A stretch of DNA of 64,000 nt from Candidatus Krumholzibacteriia bacterium (GCA_963836185.1 CAWIIQ010000001.1:1120001-1184000); one strand, 5' to 3'. Positions 11,135 to 22,115 are shown, counted from the stretch's first letter. Program-made: numbers and translations. The notes: generated from the letters alone by a model not told the origin.

Positions 11135-11797
11135 ATGAGCGGTGAATATACAGTCGGAGTGCCGGGATGGTTCACCTGCGCCTGGCATATCCTGAAGACG
11201 CGTCCGAACATCGTCATGAGAGGGCTCGTCATCATGCTTCTCTTCTCACTTGTCGGCGTCTTCCTCGGGATGCTGCCGGGGGGGTACTACATCGCTCTCG
11301 CGGTCCAGCTTACGATCGGTCTCGTGCTGCAGGGAGGGTGGAACCTCTTCTGCCTGAAGCTCGTTCGCGAGGAGGATGTCTCGCCGGCTATAATTTTCGA
11401 GCCCTTCAACCGATTCGGCCAGACCTGGATGGTATCGATACTCCTGTCTCTGATGACTGCAGCGGGGCTGTTTTTCTTCATAATCCCCGGGCTGTACGTA
11501 CTGGCGAGGTTCGGGATGGGGGTATTCGCTCTTGTGGACAGGAAGCTCGATGTGTCCGAAGCGCTCGACTTCAGCTCGATGATAACCGAGGGCAGCAGGC
11601 TGCAGGTACTGCTGCTCCATCTCATAATCGGGGGACTGGGCATGATCTTCCTGTTGCCGGGCCTGCTCGAGCCTGAGGGAAACATCGGCATGGTCATGCT
11701 CCTGATCTACCAGTTTATCATGATACCGCTTGCCGGAACGGCCTATGCCGCCGCTTACGACAGCCTCGTAGAGACTAGGGCGGGAGAGCAGGAATGA
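11135..11797 (+). CDS. Integral membrane protein (DUF975/YciC-like)
   Basis: GLFFFIIPGLY..ARF...F..VD...EAL..S..IT.G motif. Confidence 0.65.
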   Translation: MSGEYTVGVPGWFTCAWHILKTRPNIVMRGLVIMLLFSLVGVFLGMLPGGYYIALAVQLTIGLVLQGGWNLFCLKLVREEDVSPAIIFEPFNRFGQTWMVSILLSLMTAAGLFFFIIPGLYVLARFGMGVFALVDRKLDVSEALDFSSMITEGSRLQVLLLHLIIGGLGMIFLLPGLLEPEGNIGMVMLLIYQFIMIPLAGTAYAAAYDSLVETRAGEQE

Positions 11798-12600
11798 ACG
11801 ACGGTGTCGTATTCGCCCTTATCCTTACCGCTCTTGCCGGCCTGTCCACCGGCGTCGGGAGCGCGATAGCTTTTCTAGCCAGGCATACGAATAAGAAGCT
11901 TCTCTGCCTCTCACTCGGGTTTTCCGCCGGGGTCATGATCTACGTATCGATGATAGAACTCCTCGGAGCGGCGCGGGATTCCCTGACCGCCGAGCTTGGG
12001 AACCCGACGGGGGGATGGATAGTGCTTCTCTCGTTTTTCGGCGGGATGCTTGTCGTCGCGATGATCGACAGGCTCGTTCCCTCGTTCGAGAATCCTCACG
12101 AGCTGCACATGCTCGAAGAGATGTCGGATGAGGCGAGGGAGAGGGATCCGAGGCTCCTGAGGATGGGGGTGCTGTCCGCGATCGCGATCGCGGTGCATAA
12201 CTTCCCCGAGGGGATGGCGACATTCGCGGCGGCGCTGAAGGACCCGGCGCTCGGCGTCTCGATCGCCGTGGCGATCGCGATACACAACATACCTGAAGGA
12301 ATCGCCGTATCGGTGCCTATCTTCTACGCGACAGGAAACAGGAAGAAGGCCTTCTCGTGGTCGTTCCTGTCCGGGCTCGCAGAACCGGTCGGGGCGGTCA
12401 TCGGCTACCTGATCCTGATGCCTTATCTCGATGATACTGTCTTCGGCGTGCTTTTCGCTTCAGTCGCGGGGATAATGGTCTTCATCTCGTTCGACGAGCT
12501 TCTCCCCGCCGCGGAGGAGTACGGCGAGCACCACATCGCGCTATACGGCCTTCTTGCCGGCATGGCGATAATGGCTGTAAGTCTCGTCATCCTGCAGTGA
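11794..12600 (+). CDS. zupT: ZIP family zinc transporter
   Basis: LGFSAGVMIYVS, HNFPEG, HNIPEG, SGLAEP and DELLP motifs. Confidence 0.92.
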   Translation: MNDGVVFALILTALAGLSTGVGSAIAFLARHTNKKLLCLSLGFSAGVMIYVSMIELLGAARDSLTAELGNPTGGWIVLLSFFGGMLVVAMIDRLVPSFENPHELHMLEEMSDEARERDPRLLRMGVLSAIAIAVHNFPEGMATFAAALKDPALGVSIAVAIAIHNIPEGIAVSVPIFYATGNRKKAFSWSFLSGLAEPVGAVIGYLILMPYLDDTVFGVLFASVAGIMVFISFDELLPAAEEYGEHHIALYGLLAGMAIMAVSLVILQ

Positions 12601-12611
12601 GATCCGTTCCG

Positions 12612-13631
12612 TCAGCGCTCCACACCCGTCAGCTCGTTGTAGACCGCCTCGACACCGGCGTCGAGCATGTAGGCCCACGGCAGCCCGGAATACTTCTCCA
12701 TCTTCACCGATTCCTTCGCCTGATCGAGCGACTGTCCCGACTTTACTGCTTCACCTACTTCGGCTCGCAGATCGCTCAGGTACTCCACCTTCCAGGCGAG
12801 CCCGCTCTTGTCGGTCAATTCGCCGTGCCCTGGGATGACTACCTCGACATCCCAGCCTGATACTCTCTCGAGAGAGGCGATCCAGTTCTCCGTGTCGCTG
12901 CCGGCCTTCCAGTCGATATAAGGATGACGCATGTAGAAGAGCATGTCGCCCATATGAACGGCCTTGAGATCGACGAAATGGACGAGGGTGTTTCCGCTCG
13001 TGTGAGAGGCGCCCGGGTAGATAAGCCTTATTTCATGGCTTCCCAGGGTTATCGACATCGCGTCGGAGTAAGTCTTGTCGGGGTAGACGAGCACGATCTC
13101 ACTTACCTCGGCGAGGTCGCTCTTCGCCTTCTCTACGGCCTTCGCGGCCTCGGCGAGTTCCTCCTCGCCGGCGCCATCGAGAGATGCGAGCTTTTCCTCA
13201 GCCTCTTCGATGCGCGCGGGATACGCTTCTTCGACCATCTTTTTGAGGTTCGGCTCGTTGAATGTCTTCTGGTTAACAGGGAGGTTCTCGTGAGATATTA
13301 CAGTCACATCCTCGGGGAAACTCTGGGCCCCAAGCACATGATCCATGTGATAGTGGGTCAATATGAGATACTTGACCGGACTGTCGGTCAGTTTCGCGAT
13401 CTCAGCGAGTATCGCGTCACCGTGCGCCGGTTTTGTCCCCGAATCGACTACGAGGACCCCTTCATCCGTGACAAGAAAGGCTACGTTTCCGACGACACCT
13501 GTGAGGAAGTAGAGGCCGTCAGCCGCCTCCGTTACAACGATCTCCGTCTGGCTCCTTGACGGGGAGATCGGAGCGGCGAGGATCATGAAAACGCAGGCCA
13601 GTACAATCGCGGAACGGACCGGGTATCTCAT
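12612..13631 (-). CDS. Secreted metallo-beta-lactamase-fold hydrolase (cyclase-like) with helical insertion
   Basis: Signal peptide from MRYPVRS; THYHMDH, SHTSGN, HMGD and VIPGHG motifs. Confidence 0.85.
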   Translation of the reverse strand: MRYPVRSAIVLACVFMILAAPISPSRSQTEIVVTEAADGLYFLTGVVGNVAFLVTDEGVLVVDSGTKPAHGDAILAEIAKLTDSPVKYLILTHYHMDHVLGAQSFPEDVTVISHENLPVNQKTFNEPNLKKMVEEAYPARIEEAEEKLASLDGAGEEELAEAAKAVEKAKSDLAEVSEIVLVYPDKTYSDAMSITLGSHEIRLIYPGASHTSGNTLVHFVDLKAVHMGDMLFYMRHPYIDWKAGSDTENWIASLERVSGWDVEVVIPGHGELTDKSGLAWKVEYLSDLRAEVGEAVKSGQSLDQAKESVKMEKYSGLPWAYMLDAGVEAVYNELTGVER

Positions 13632-13733
13632 CTGAATCTCCTTCGTTATGGTGTAAACGATTGAAATACGGACGAGGCGATTGTAACATCGACCGGTATC
13701 GAAATCCAGGGTTCTCGAAAGAGGAGCAATCTC

Positions 13734-14078
13734 ATGGACGGTGAAAAGAAAGGCCTCGATCCCGGTATAGCCCGTCAGGCGGCGGCGCTGGCCGAGTACC
13801 AGGAAGGCTCGGTAGTCAGCAGGACAGTCATCGACAAGAAGATCGGGACCGTCTCCGTATTCGCCTTCGACGCGGGTGAGGGTCTCAGCGAGCACACCGC
13901 GCCGTTCGATGCCCTCGTGCACGTCATCGATGGAAAGGCCGAGATAACAATATCCGGAGAGGCGATAGACGTCTGTGCCGGGGAGATGATCATCATGCCC
14001 GCCGGCAGGCCGCACTCGCTGAGGGCCGCCGAGAGGTTCAAGATGGTGCTGATAATGATAAGGCAGAAGGTCGAATAG
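13734..14078 (+). CDS. Cupin domain protein
   Basis: FAFDAGEGLSEHTAPFDALV..IDG...MPAGRPHSL. Confidence 0.88.
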   Translation: MDGEKKGLDPGIARQAAALAEYQEGSVVSRTVIDKKIGTVSVFAFDAGEGLSEHTAPFDALVHVIDGKAEITISGEAIDVCAGEMIIMPAGRPHSLRAAERFKMVLIMIRQKVE

Positions 14079-14117
14079 AGCAGCCAGGCAGAGAATTGAA
14101 CGTCGAAAGGAGCACCG

Positions 14118-14848
14118 ATGACTCATGACCCCTCTGAATTTCTCAGGATAGCCGGGATAGAGCTACCGTCTGATCGGGATGTACGATGCTCCCGACAGAT
14201 CCCCCTTCGAGCCTATCGTCGAGCCGAAGCCGGGAAAGCAGACCTGCGTCTTCGCCTTCTATCGCGAGCTGGCTCAAGGGGAAGACCGCCGCTTTTTCGA
14301 AGGAATCGATCGGCTGCGGCGGATTCGGGAGTCATATATTCGGCGTAAGGACGATGCCGAAGGAGGCGTTCATTGATTTTCTCTATGGACAGGAGGGTCT
14401 TAAGGCCTCGCGCGAGCTGATGGAGGAGTGGATCGACGCGATGAACTGCTACGAGCCGGAGAACGAGTTCATACTCGTCGGTCCTCTCAATGAGAGCCAG
14501 TACGACTGTCTGAAGACTGTGACGTTCCTCGTCAATCCCGACCAGCTGTCCCTGATGGTCTACGCGGTGCACTACCATGCGGCTCCGGGCGATCCTCTTC
14601 CGATGAAGGCGCCTTTCGACTCGGGGTGCGGCCAGCTTCTCCCGGGATTCGACGACCTTACAGTCGCGCAGGCGATGCTCGGCGCCACGGATATCGCGAT
14701 GAGGAAGTTCATGCCGCCCGATATACTCGCGCTGACCGTGACAAAGCCGATGTTCGAGAGGATATGCTCGCTCGGTGAGGACAGTTTCCTGCACAAGCCT
14801 TTCTGGAAGGACCTCATCAAGGCGAGGGGAAGGCAGGCCGTGGACTGA
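14118..14848 (+). CDS. DUF169-like protein (two frameshifts, about 14168 and 14265)
   Basis: IGMYDAP, CVF, GCGG, VTFLVNPDQLS, APFDSGCG and GATDIAMR motifs over three frames. Confidence 0.7.
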
Positions 14849-15065
14849 TCATTCCTTCAGGCGGCGGCCTGCGATCACATATTTGCTGAACTTGTCGGCG
14901 ATGAAATGTTTCCGGACGCCGTCGACCGCCTCGACCCACTGGGCCTCGATCTCTCCCGAAGGCCCTTTATCTGGACAAGAAGGATTATTGTTGAGATACT
15001 CAAAGCCGGCCGCGGGAGCGGGAGGGATACGAAGATGGTCTCGATATTTAAAGGGAGGTAACACC

Positions 15066-15488
15066 GTGGAAGAGATAAGGGACAAGATCATGAGCATCAT
15101 CGGGAAGCCGTTTCTCGCCGGCTTCGCGACGCTGACCGGGGATGGAAAGCCCTGGGTGCGCTACGTATTCGCGGTCGGTTCCGATGATATGACGATCCGT
15201 TTTTCCACTTTCGTCAACGCGAGGAAGGCCGCGCATATCGCGGAGAATCCAGAGATCCACATGACGGGCGGGGTGCTCGATCCGATGAACTGGACCAACT
15301 ACCTCCAGATACAGGGAAAGGCCGAGCTGTCGACCGATCAGGCTGAGAAGGACGCATTCTGGAACGATGAGATCGCGCAGATATTCAAGGGCCCTGACGA
15401 TCCTGATTACGCCGTCGTCATAGTCAGGCCGTACAGGATAGAGGTCAACTCTCACGGCAGTTTCATCCCCGAGATATGGGAGCCCTGA
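15066..15488 (+). CDS. Pyridoxamine 5'-phosphate oxidase-like / general stress protein 26 family
   Basis: AAGGGAGG RBS and GTG start; ATL..DGKPWVR, ST...ARK..HI.ENP and FW...F.GPDDPDY motifs. Confidence 0.85.
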   Translation: MEEIRDKIMSIIGKPFLAGFATLTGDGKPWVRYVFAVGSDDMTIRFSTFVNARKAAHIAENPEIHMTGGVLDPMNWTNYLQIQGKAELSTDQAEKDAFWNDEIAQIFKGPDDPDYAVVIVRPYRIEVNSHGSFIPEIWEP

Positions 15489-15510
15489 ACGTGCCGTTGC
15501 CGGAGGAGAG

Positions 15511-16629
15511 ATGAACAGGTTCGCTGCAGCTGTCTGCGCCGTTATCATGATGGGCGCTTCGGCGGCATCGGCCGGTGAAGTCCCGGTCGACTGCCTCGAA
15601 GAGTTCACCCTGACCGAAGAGACCGCGTCAGGATTCGCCCGAATCGCGCTCCACTGTGTCCACAGGGAATTCCCGAACAAGCCGGGCCACGTGATGAACG
15701 ACAGCAGTGAGGTCGCGCCGCCCGCTGTGCTTCACCCGGCATTTTACGGATGCTTTGACTGGCACTCGTCGGTGCACGGTCACTGGATGCTCGTACGGCT
15801 CCTGTCTCTTTTTCCGGGGATTCCGGAAGCACAGGAGATAAGGAAGGCTCTCGATGAGAACCTCTCTGCGGAGAACATACTCGTCGAGGCCGATTATTTC
15901 AGGCAGAAGAGCAGGTCCTCGTTCGAACGGACCTACGGATGGGCCTGGCTGCTCAAGCTCGCCGAGGAGACGGGCCGCTGCCCCGACCCGGCTGCGAAGC
16001 AGTGGAAGAGGAATCTCCAGCCCCTCGTAGATGTGATCGTCGAGAACTACTTCGAGTTCCTGCCGAAGCAGACCTACCCGATAAAGAGAGGGGTCCACCC
16101 CAATACCGCCTTCGGGCTCTCGTTCGCCCTGGACTATGCCTGGTCGACCGGGAACGCGGATCTGGCGCGGCTGATAAACGATACGGGAAGGGAATATTTT
16201 TACGGAAGTATCCCGGAGTGCCCGGCCGCGTGGGAACCTGACGGGGATGATTTCTTTTCCCCATGCCTGATGATCGCCGACCTGATGAGACGGATCCTGC
16301 CGCAGGAAGACTATATTAAATGGCTCACGGGGTTTCTGCCGGAGCTTCGTTACGGCCAGCCCGGATCACTTCTCGAACCGGCTGTGGTATCTGACAGGAG
16401 CGATCCGAAGATCGTGCACCTCGACGGTCTCAACCTGAGCAGGGCGTGGTGCATGAAAGGTATCGCGATGGCTCTTCCCGGTGACGATCCGCGCCGGGAG
16501 ATCCTCGAAAGGTCGGCATGTCTTCACGCCGGTGCGACACTGCCCCATATCTCGAGCGGCAATTACGAGGGTGAGCACTGGCTCGCCTCATTCGCAGTAT
16601 TCCTTCTGGCGGGAGGTGAGGGAAAGTGA
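15511..16629 (+). CDS. DUF2891 family secreted protein
   Basis: HPAFYGCFDWHSSVHGHW, SFERTYGWAWLL, HLDGLNLSRAW and YEGEHWLASFA motifs. Confidence 0.88.
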   Translation: MNRFAAAVCAVIMMGASAASAGEVPVDCLEEFTLTEETASGFARIALHCVHREFPNKPGHVMNDSSEVAPPAVLHPAFYGCFDWHSSVHGHWMLVRLLSLFPGIPEAQEIRKALDENLSAENILVEADYFRQKSRSSFERTYGWAWLLKLAEETGRCPDPAAKQWKRNLQPLVDVIVENYFEFLPKQTYPIKRGVHPNTAFGLSFALDYAWSTGNADLARLINDTGREYFYGSIPECPAAWEPDGDDFFSPCLMIADLMRRILPQEDYIKWLTGFLPELRYGQPGSLLEPAVVSDRSDPKIVHLDGLNLSRAWCMKGIAMALPGDDPRREILERSACLHAGATLPHISSGNYEGEHWLASFAVFLLAGGEGK

Positions 16630-17207
16630 GCTGGAAACAGCCCGTGGATCATTTCGTATGCACCAAGGATGAAGCGAAGGAGATCGCCGGCGCTCTTGAA
16701 AGATTCTGGGTGTCGATCTGCTGGTGCAGGGAAGAGAAGGGCAAGTGCCTGCGCTCCCCTATGGAGGTCTGCCTCAGCTTTCGTGAGGATGCGCCCGTAA
16801 ATCCGGCGGGAAAAAAGGAGATCTCGAAGGATGAAGCGCTGGACCTGATAGAGAATGCCCGCAGATGGGGGCTCGTTTCCCGGGCATATGCGAAAAGGGG
16901 TAGTGCCGGTCAACTCGACGGGATCTGTCTCTGCTGCGACGACTGCTGCTCATTCTTTACGGAACGCACGGAGGATAAACCGGCGCGTGGCCAGTTTATC
17001 GAGAGGACGATCGAAGGATGCTGCTCGTCGTGCGGTATGTGCGAGAGAGCGTGCAGGTTCGAGGCGCGCCAGATGGACGAGGGAGTGCTCGTCGTAATGA
17101 GGCACCGCTGCTACGGCTGCGGCGTCTGCGCCGATACCTGCCCTACAAACTGCATCGAGATGGTGCCGAGGATGCCCGGGCCCTCGATCGTGCCTCAGGA
17201 CGAGTAG
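16626..17207 (+). CDS. 4Fe-4S ferredoxin-domain protein
   Basis: CWCR, ICLCCDDCC, CSSCGMCERAC and CYGCGVCADTCP. Confidence 0.85.
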   Translation: MSWKQPVDHFVCTKDEAKEIAGALERFWVSICWCREEKGKCLRSPMEVCLSFREDAPVNPAGKKEISKDEALDLIENARRWGLVSRAYAKRGSAGQLDGICLCCDDCCSFFTERTEDKPARGQFIERTIEGCCSSCGMCERACRFEARQMDEGVLVVMRHRCYGCGVCADTCPTNCIEMVPRMPGPSIVPQDE

Positions 17208-18338
17208 ATAACCGGCTTTTCCGTGTATATTACGCCGCGTTCCCTCAATCCGGCGAACAGGTATTCCACGCATTCCGCTTTTTCACCGATGAACTCCGGA
17301 GCGATGATCCCTTTCCTGTCATAAATTCCTCCGGCGAGCATCCTCAGCGCCACAGTCGCCGTGTACCCGGTTGTCCGGGCCATGGAATGCACGCCGGAGG
17401 TTTCGTCATGCCTGTCAAAGAGATCGTATTCGTATCCGGCAGCTGCCCCTTCCTTAGTTCCCTCCACGATCACCTTCATCACGGTCAGGTCCCGGTCGTC
17501 CTCCGCGAGTTCCCAGAGAGGGAAGAGGAGCCTGGCAGTAAAGTCGAGGGGCCTTATCTTCGTTCCGTTTATCTCTATCTCGCCGGTCGAGAAGAATCCC
17601 GATTCTCTCAGCACGGCGATCTTCTCGATGTGGCCGGGATACCGGAGGGTCTTTTCCTTCATGTCAGGGATCTTCATCGTGTCGGCCAGCGATCTCAGCC
17701 CGTCGCTGTTAAACGATTCGAGAGTCCCGATACCGGGGAAATCGAGGTACTCAGGATCGGAAAGGGCCGGGCGAGTGACGAGCCGGCCGTTCTCTACATA
17801 CCTCGCCGGTCTCGTGTATTCCTCAACGACATCGATGGGGGAGAAGCCGGCCTTGTATTCCCAGGGCCAGGTCCTTCTTATGGGAAGCCCTCCTACATAT
17901 ATCAGCGCGCTTGAAGCCTCATCGAGCATGCCGGCGGCGTACGATACGAGAACGTTGCTCATCCCCGGCGCTACCCCGCAGTCTACGATCGCGGTAACGC
18001 CGCGCTCGAGGGCGAGCTCGTCGAGGTCGAAGGGGTCCTCGGGGAAGAAGGCGATATCGACTGACGTCGATGCCGGCCTCTATGACCGATCTGAGGACCG
18101 AATGGCCCATGAACCCGGGAGTTGCGTTTATCACGTAGTCCGCCCCGGCGACGATGCTTTTCACCTTTTCGCAGTCGGAGAGGTCGGCCCGTACCTTGAT
18201 TATCTCCGGGGCATCGTCGAGCTTCGCCAGATTTCTGCTGCTGATGTCGGCGACCGCGACCTCGAATTCTCCGTCCCTGGCCAGGTCCCTCGCCATCGGG
18301 CCTCCGACGAGCCCCGCTCCGAGTATGATCACCTTCAT
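17195..18338 (-). CDS. Saccharopine dehydrogenase / L-lysine 6-dehydrogenase family (frameshifted near 18060)
   Basis: GAGLVG Rossmann motif; DCGVAPGMSN, YVGGLP, EKTLRYPGH and SMARTTGY motifs. Confidence 0.88.
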
Positions 18339-18695
18339 AATGCTCTCCCGTATGATGCATTGCCGGCCGGCAAGAGCCGACAGGTATAAGTAAATGCAAT
18401 GATGTCAGTTAAGAATATTCGGGCAGATACGGATCAAAGGCCGCTGAAGCGGTTCAGATAGCCGAGCAGGAAGCGCCAGGTATCCGATATCGAACCGTGA
18501 GGTATGCGTGAGTCATATTCCATACATTGATATTAGCACTGAAACTCTCCGTGTCAACCTGATTTGGTAAGTGGTATTCACGCAGGGCGTTAAAAAAATA
18601 TATTGAACCGAATCAGGATTGTAATTATTATTGCGCTTCGTCTTTATCAAGAGTACAGAAGATTTTGACACCCTGAACCTCCATGGAGGAGTGAA

Positions 18696-19511
18696 ATGGA
18701 GAACTGGACCGAGTTTCTGATGGATTTCGGCAGGAATTACGGCATCAAGGTCATCGCCGCGATAGCGATACTGATCATCGGCCGTATCGTCGCCGGTATA
18801 CTCAAACGCGTAGTGATGAATATGCTGAAGAAGGGTAAGACCGACGCGGCTATCATCTCTTTCGTAGGCAGTCTCGTCTACGCAGGCATCATGATCTTCA
18901 CGATCCTGGCCGCCCTGTCGAAGTTCGGGATCCAGACGGCCTCGTTCGTCGCGATACTCGGCGCCGCCGGATTCGCGATCGGCTTCGCGATGCAGGGCTC
19001 GCTTTCGAGCTTCGCCGCGGGCGTACTGCTTCTCGTATTCCGTCCGATCAAGGTCGGGGATTTCGTAGAGGTAGCGGGAGTCGCGGGCTCCATCAAGGAG
19101 ATCAAGCTCTTCAATACGATCGTCGCCACACCCGACAATGTGAAGATCTACGTTCCCAACAGCAAGATCAACGGCGACATCATCAAGAACTACGCCGGAT
19201 TCGATGAGAGAAGGATAGACATGGTCGTCGGGATCGGCTACGGCGCGCCTATCGACAAGGCTTACGAGATCATGAAGCAGATCGTCGCGGCCGACAGCCG
19301 GATCCTCGCCGAGCCCGCCGTCCAGATCGCGGTCGCGGAGCTGGCCGATTCGAGCGTCAATTTCGTGCTTCGTCCCTGGGTAAAGAAAGAGGATTACTGG
19401 GGCGTCAAATTCGACGTGACCGAGAAGATCAAGAAGGAGTTCGACGCGGCGGGTATAGAGATACCGTTCCCGCAGACGGACGTCCATCTTTACAGGGAAG
19501 AGACGGCCTGA
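18696..19511 (+). CDS. mscS: Small-conductance mechanosensitive channel
   Basis: GIQTASFVAILGAAGFAIGFAMQGSLS, LADSSVN and GIEIPFPQ motifs. Confidence 0.93.
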   Translation: MENWTEFLMDFGRNYGIKVIAAIAILIIGRIVAGILKRVVMNMLKKGKTDAAIISFVGSLVYAGIMIFTILAALSKFGIQTASFVAILGAAGFAIGFAMQGSLSSFAAGVLLLVFRPIKVGDFVEVAGVAGSIKEIKLFNTIVATPDNVKIYVPNSKINGDIIKNYAGFDERRIDMVVGIGYGAPIDKAYEIMKQIVAADSRILAEPAVQIAVAELADSSVNFVLRPWVKKEDYWGVKFDVTEKIKKEFDAAGIEIPFPQTDVHLYREETA

Positions 19512-19532
19512 GCCCCGTCTGAAAGGAAAGAA

Positions 19533-20445
19533 ATGAGATTGAGGACTCTGGCGGTCCTGACCGCCCTTTTGATCGGCCTGCCCGCGATAATTAACGCGGC
19601 CGAGCCCTGGAAATATCATCTCGACTCCGACCTTACCCTGACCCAGTCGTACTACACCAGATAACTGGGCAGGCGGAGAGGTCGGGAACATAACCTGGGT
19701 GGGGAACATCAATTTCCTCGCGTCGAAACAGTTCGCCGAGCACTGGAACAACAGGAACACTGTTGAGGCTCAAGTACGGGATGACGCACAGCCAGGACTC
19801 GGAGACAGGCGACTGGCGCCATCCCGAGAAGTCGGATGACCAGATCGATCTCGAGACGATATTCCGATACACGAAATGGAATTCGGTCGATCCTTACGGC
19901 TCGGTCACGTTTCGAGAGCCAGTTCCAGGACAAGAGCGATCCGGTACAGTACACTGTACGTCAATCCGATGAGGTTCACAGAATCGCTCGGTATCTCGAA
20001 GGAACTGTTCAAGACCGAGGAGAGTCACTGGCTCATCCGGTTCGGCCTCGCCGCCAGGCAGGTCGTCGACAGGAACGTACTCGATATCGATACAGGGGAG
20101 CGGGGCACGGAGACCCAGCATGACGAGGGCCTGATGCTCGATACGGACTACCGGGTCCCCTTCGCGGGAGGCAAACTCGTTTACACCGGCAAGCTCAACG
20201 TCTACCAGGCCCTGGCCAACTCCGAATCGGAGAACCTCGCGGGCACGGCGAACGCCGACTACTGGAAGACCCCCGATATCAGGTGGGAGCAGAATCTGGC
20301 GGTCGGTATAACCGGCTACCTCGCGATGAACCTCTACCTCGACTGGCGTTACGACAAGGATGTCGACCTCGCCGGGCGCCTCAAGCAGACGCTCGGACTG
20401 GCCCTTGTCTACAAGTTCGGGAATATCAAGGAAGAAGAAGGCTAG
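19533..20445 (+). CDS. DUF3078-like outer-membrane beta-barrel protein (about 4 frameshifts)
   Basis: Signal peptide, then LTLTQSYYT/DNWAGGE, LRLKYG, KSDDQIDL, and a C-terminal LKQTLGLALVYKF beta-signal-like strand. Confidence 0.7.
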
Positions 20446-20471
20446 TAGAGGCGGCAGCTTATTGTGATCAT

Positions 20472-20503
20472 GGGCGCGGATCTCAGTTCCGCGCCCTTTT
20501 TTT
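20472..20503 (+). terminator. Rho-independent terminator
   Basis: GGGCGCGGA-TCTCAGT-TCCGCGCCC-TTTTTTT. Confidence 0.85.
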
Positions 20504-20514
20504 ATGCCTGCCCC

Positions 20515-20578
20515 TTGACAGAAAAGAACGGCATGGTTATTATATAGATGTTCGATATATAGAGCTGCGATACATCGA
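20515..20578 (+). promoter_or_regulatory. Sigma70 promoter (TTGACA, 17 bp, TATTAT) followed by ATATAGA/CGATA repeats (candidate PadR operator)
   Basis: TTGACA at 20515 and TATTAT at 20538; ATATAGATGTTCGATATATAGAGCTGCGATACATCGA lies before padR. Confidence 0.6.
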
Positions 20579-20588
20579 GGGACACCCG

Positions 20589-20939
20589 ATGAAGAAGCGG
20601 AAAAGGATAGAGACACAGAACCTGGCGAAGCACTGCAACGAGGACCTGATACTGGCGATCCTCAGCGGCGGCACGAAGCACGGGTATCAGCTCGCTCTCG
20701 AACTCGAGGAAAGAAGCGGCAGCTATTTCCGCCTCAATCACGGGACCCTCTACCCGATACTGCACAAGCTGGAAAAAGATGGGATGATCAAGGGGTCGTG
20801 GAGCGACGAGGGGCCGAAGAGGAGACGGAGGCAGTACGCCCTGACTTCGAAGGGAAAGAAATACGCTTCCGGGCAGGTAGAGGCCTGGAAGGAGTTTTAC
20901 GATAATCTCACCGCGATCATGAAGGACGTGGAAAGATGA
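20589..20939 (+). CDS. PadR family transcriptional regulator
   Basis: LILAIL...KHGYQL, GTLYPILHKLE..G.I and RRRQYALT.KG motifs. Confidence 0.92.
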   Translation: MKKRKRIETQNLAKHCNEDLILAILSGGTKHGYQLALELEERSGSYFRLNHGTLYPILHKLEKDGMIKGSWSDEGPKRRRRQYALTSKGKKYASGQVEAWKEFYDNLTAIMKDVER

Positions 20940-21676
20940 ACGGATTCAGGGAGATCCTGCAGAAGACAAGCGACAGGCTCGATCTGCCCCAGCCGGTAAA
21001 GGCCCGGATACTCCTCGAGATATCGGCCGATCTCGGCGATGTCTACGATGAATGCGTCGAGCGGGGGATGAGCCCGGAGGAAGCGAGGCTCCGCGCGATC
21101 GAGATGTGCGATCTTTCGGACGAGGCCCTCGAGGATCTCGTGCGCGTACATGAAACGCCGCTGAGGCGGTTCCTCGGATCCCTGTCCGACCAGGCGAGGA
21201 CGAGATGGGAGAAGGCTCTGCTCGTCACCCTGGTACTCTTTATCGCCGCATATTCGGGCAGGGAGGCCGTAACGGCGAAACTGTTCAGCACGGCCTCGAT
21301 ATTCGTTTGGCCCATCGCGGCGGTATCATTCTACGCCCTGATCATGACACTGATAAATATCTACAGGCTCTATATAAAGAAGCAGCACGATCCCCGGAGG
21401 ATCCGCAGCGGACCGGCCGCGATCCTGGCGGCGGGTGTCGTCTGCCTGCTGACCGGTTTTGCCGGACTGGCCTTCGAGATGTACAGTGCGGCAAGGTCGA
21501 TCATGGCGGACTCCACGGGCGCTCTCGGTCATATCGTCGAATGGGGACTCTCCTCATCGGCGATGATGATGGCCGCCCTGCTCGCCGCTATCGCAGCGGG
21601 TATCGCCTGGTTCATCCTCGACAACAGGGCGAGGAAGCTCGAGGCGGCAGAGATGTCATGGCTTTTTGAGAATTAG
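20936..21676 (+). CDS. Membrane protein with N-terminal HAAS-like helical domain and C-terminal ExbB/MotA-like TM helices
   Basis: RILLEISADL.D...E..ERGMS.EEA...A pattern typical of PadR-linked HAAS domains; TM part resembles the next gene. Confidence 0.65.
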   Translation: MNGFREILQKTSDRLDLPQPVKARILLEISADLGDVYDECVERGMSPEEARLRAIEMCDLSDEALEDLVRVHETPLRRFLGSLSDQARTRWEKALLVTLVLFIAAYSGREAVTAKLFSTASIFVWPIAAVSFYALIMTLINIYRLYIKKQHDPRRIRSGPAAILAAGVVCLLTGFAGLAFEMYSAARSIMADSTGALGHIVEWGLSSSAMMMAALLAAIAAGIAWFILDNRARKLEAAEMSWLFEN

Positions 21677-21704
21677 AGACTGACTTAAAGAAGGAGAAAA
21701 TAAA

Positions 21705-22085
21705 ATGGGTTACTTTTTCGCAAGCATGGGACCGTTCGCGATACCGATGATCATCATCACCCTGGCGATCGCAATACTGACAGTTATAAAGGTTATCGAT
21801 CTCTGGGGGAAGAAGGGTCTCTCCCCGCAGAAGCTCGAGAGAGGCCTGCACGCGATACTCTTCTGGGGAGTGGTCAGTGCGGTGTTCGGCTTCCTCGGTC
21901 AGATCAGCGGGATATACCGTGCTCTTAACGTGATCATCAGTGCGACTGAGATCTCGCCAAATGTCGTAGCGCAGGGATTCGCCGAGTCATTCACCACGAC
22001 GATCTTCGGCCTGGAGATACTTCTTGTCTCGGCCATAATCTGGTTCGTCCTCTTCGGCAGGTACAGGAAACTGACCGCCTCCTGA
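21705..22085 (+). CDS. Small MotA/TolQ/ExbB proton-channel family protein
   Basis: GFLGQISGIYRAL..I......SP.VVAQGFAESFTTTIFGL. Confidence 0.75.
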   Translation: MGYFFASMGPFAIPMIIITLAIAILTVIKVIDLWGKKGLSPQKLERGLHAILFWGVVSAVFGFLGQISGIYRALNVIISATEISPNVVAQGFAESFTTTIFGLEILLVSAIIWFVLFGRYRKLTAS

Positions 22086-22115
22086 GCCGAAGGGACCGTT
22101 AAAACGTTACAATAT

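Noticed and set aside
13632-14126. N-terminal extension of the MBL ORF (504 aa)
   Set aside because: It overlaps the cupin gene antisense; the real start with RBS and signal peptide is at 13631.
18340-18695. AT-rich 350-bp region between the lysine dehydrogenase gene and mscS as an ncRNA or origin
   Set aside because: It is consistent with divergent promoters; I identified no DnaA-box cluster or stable structure.
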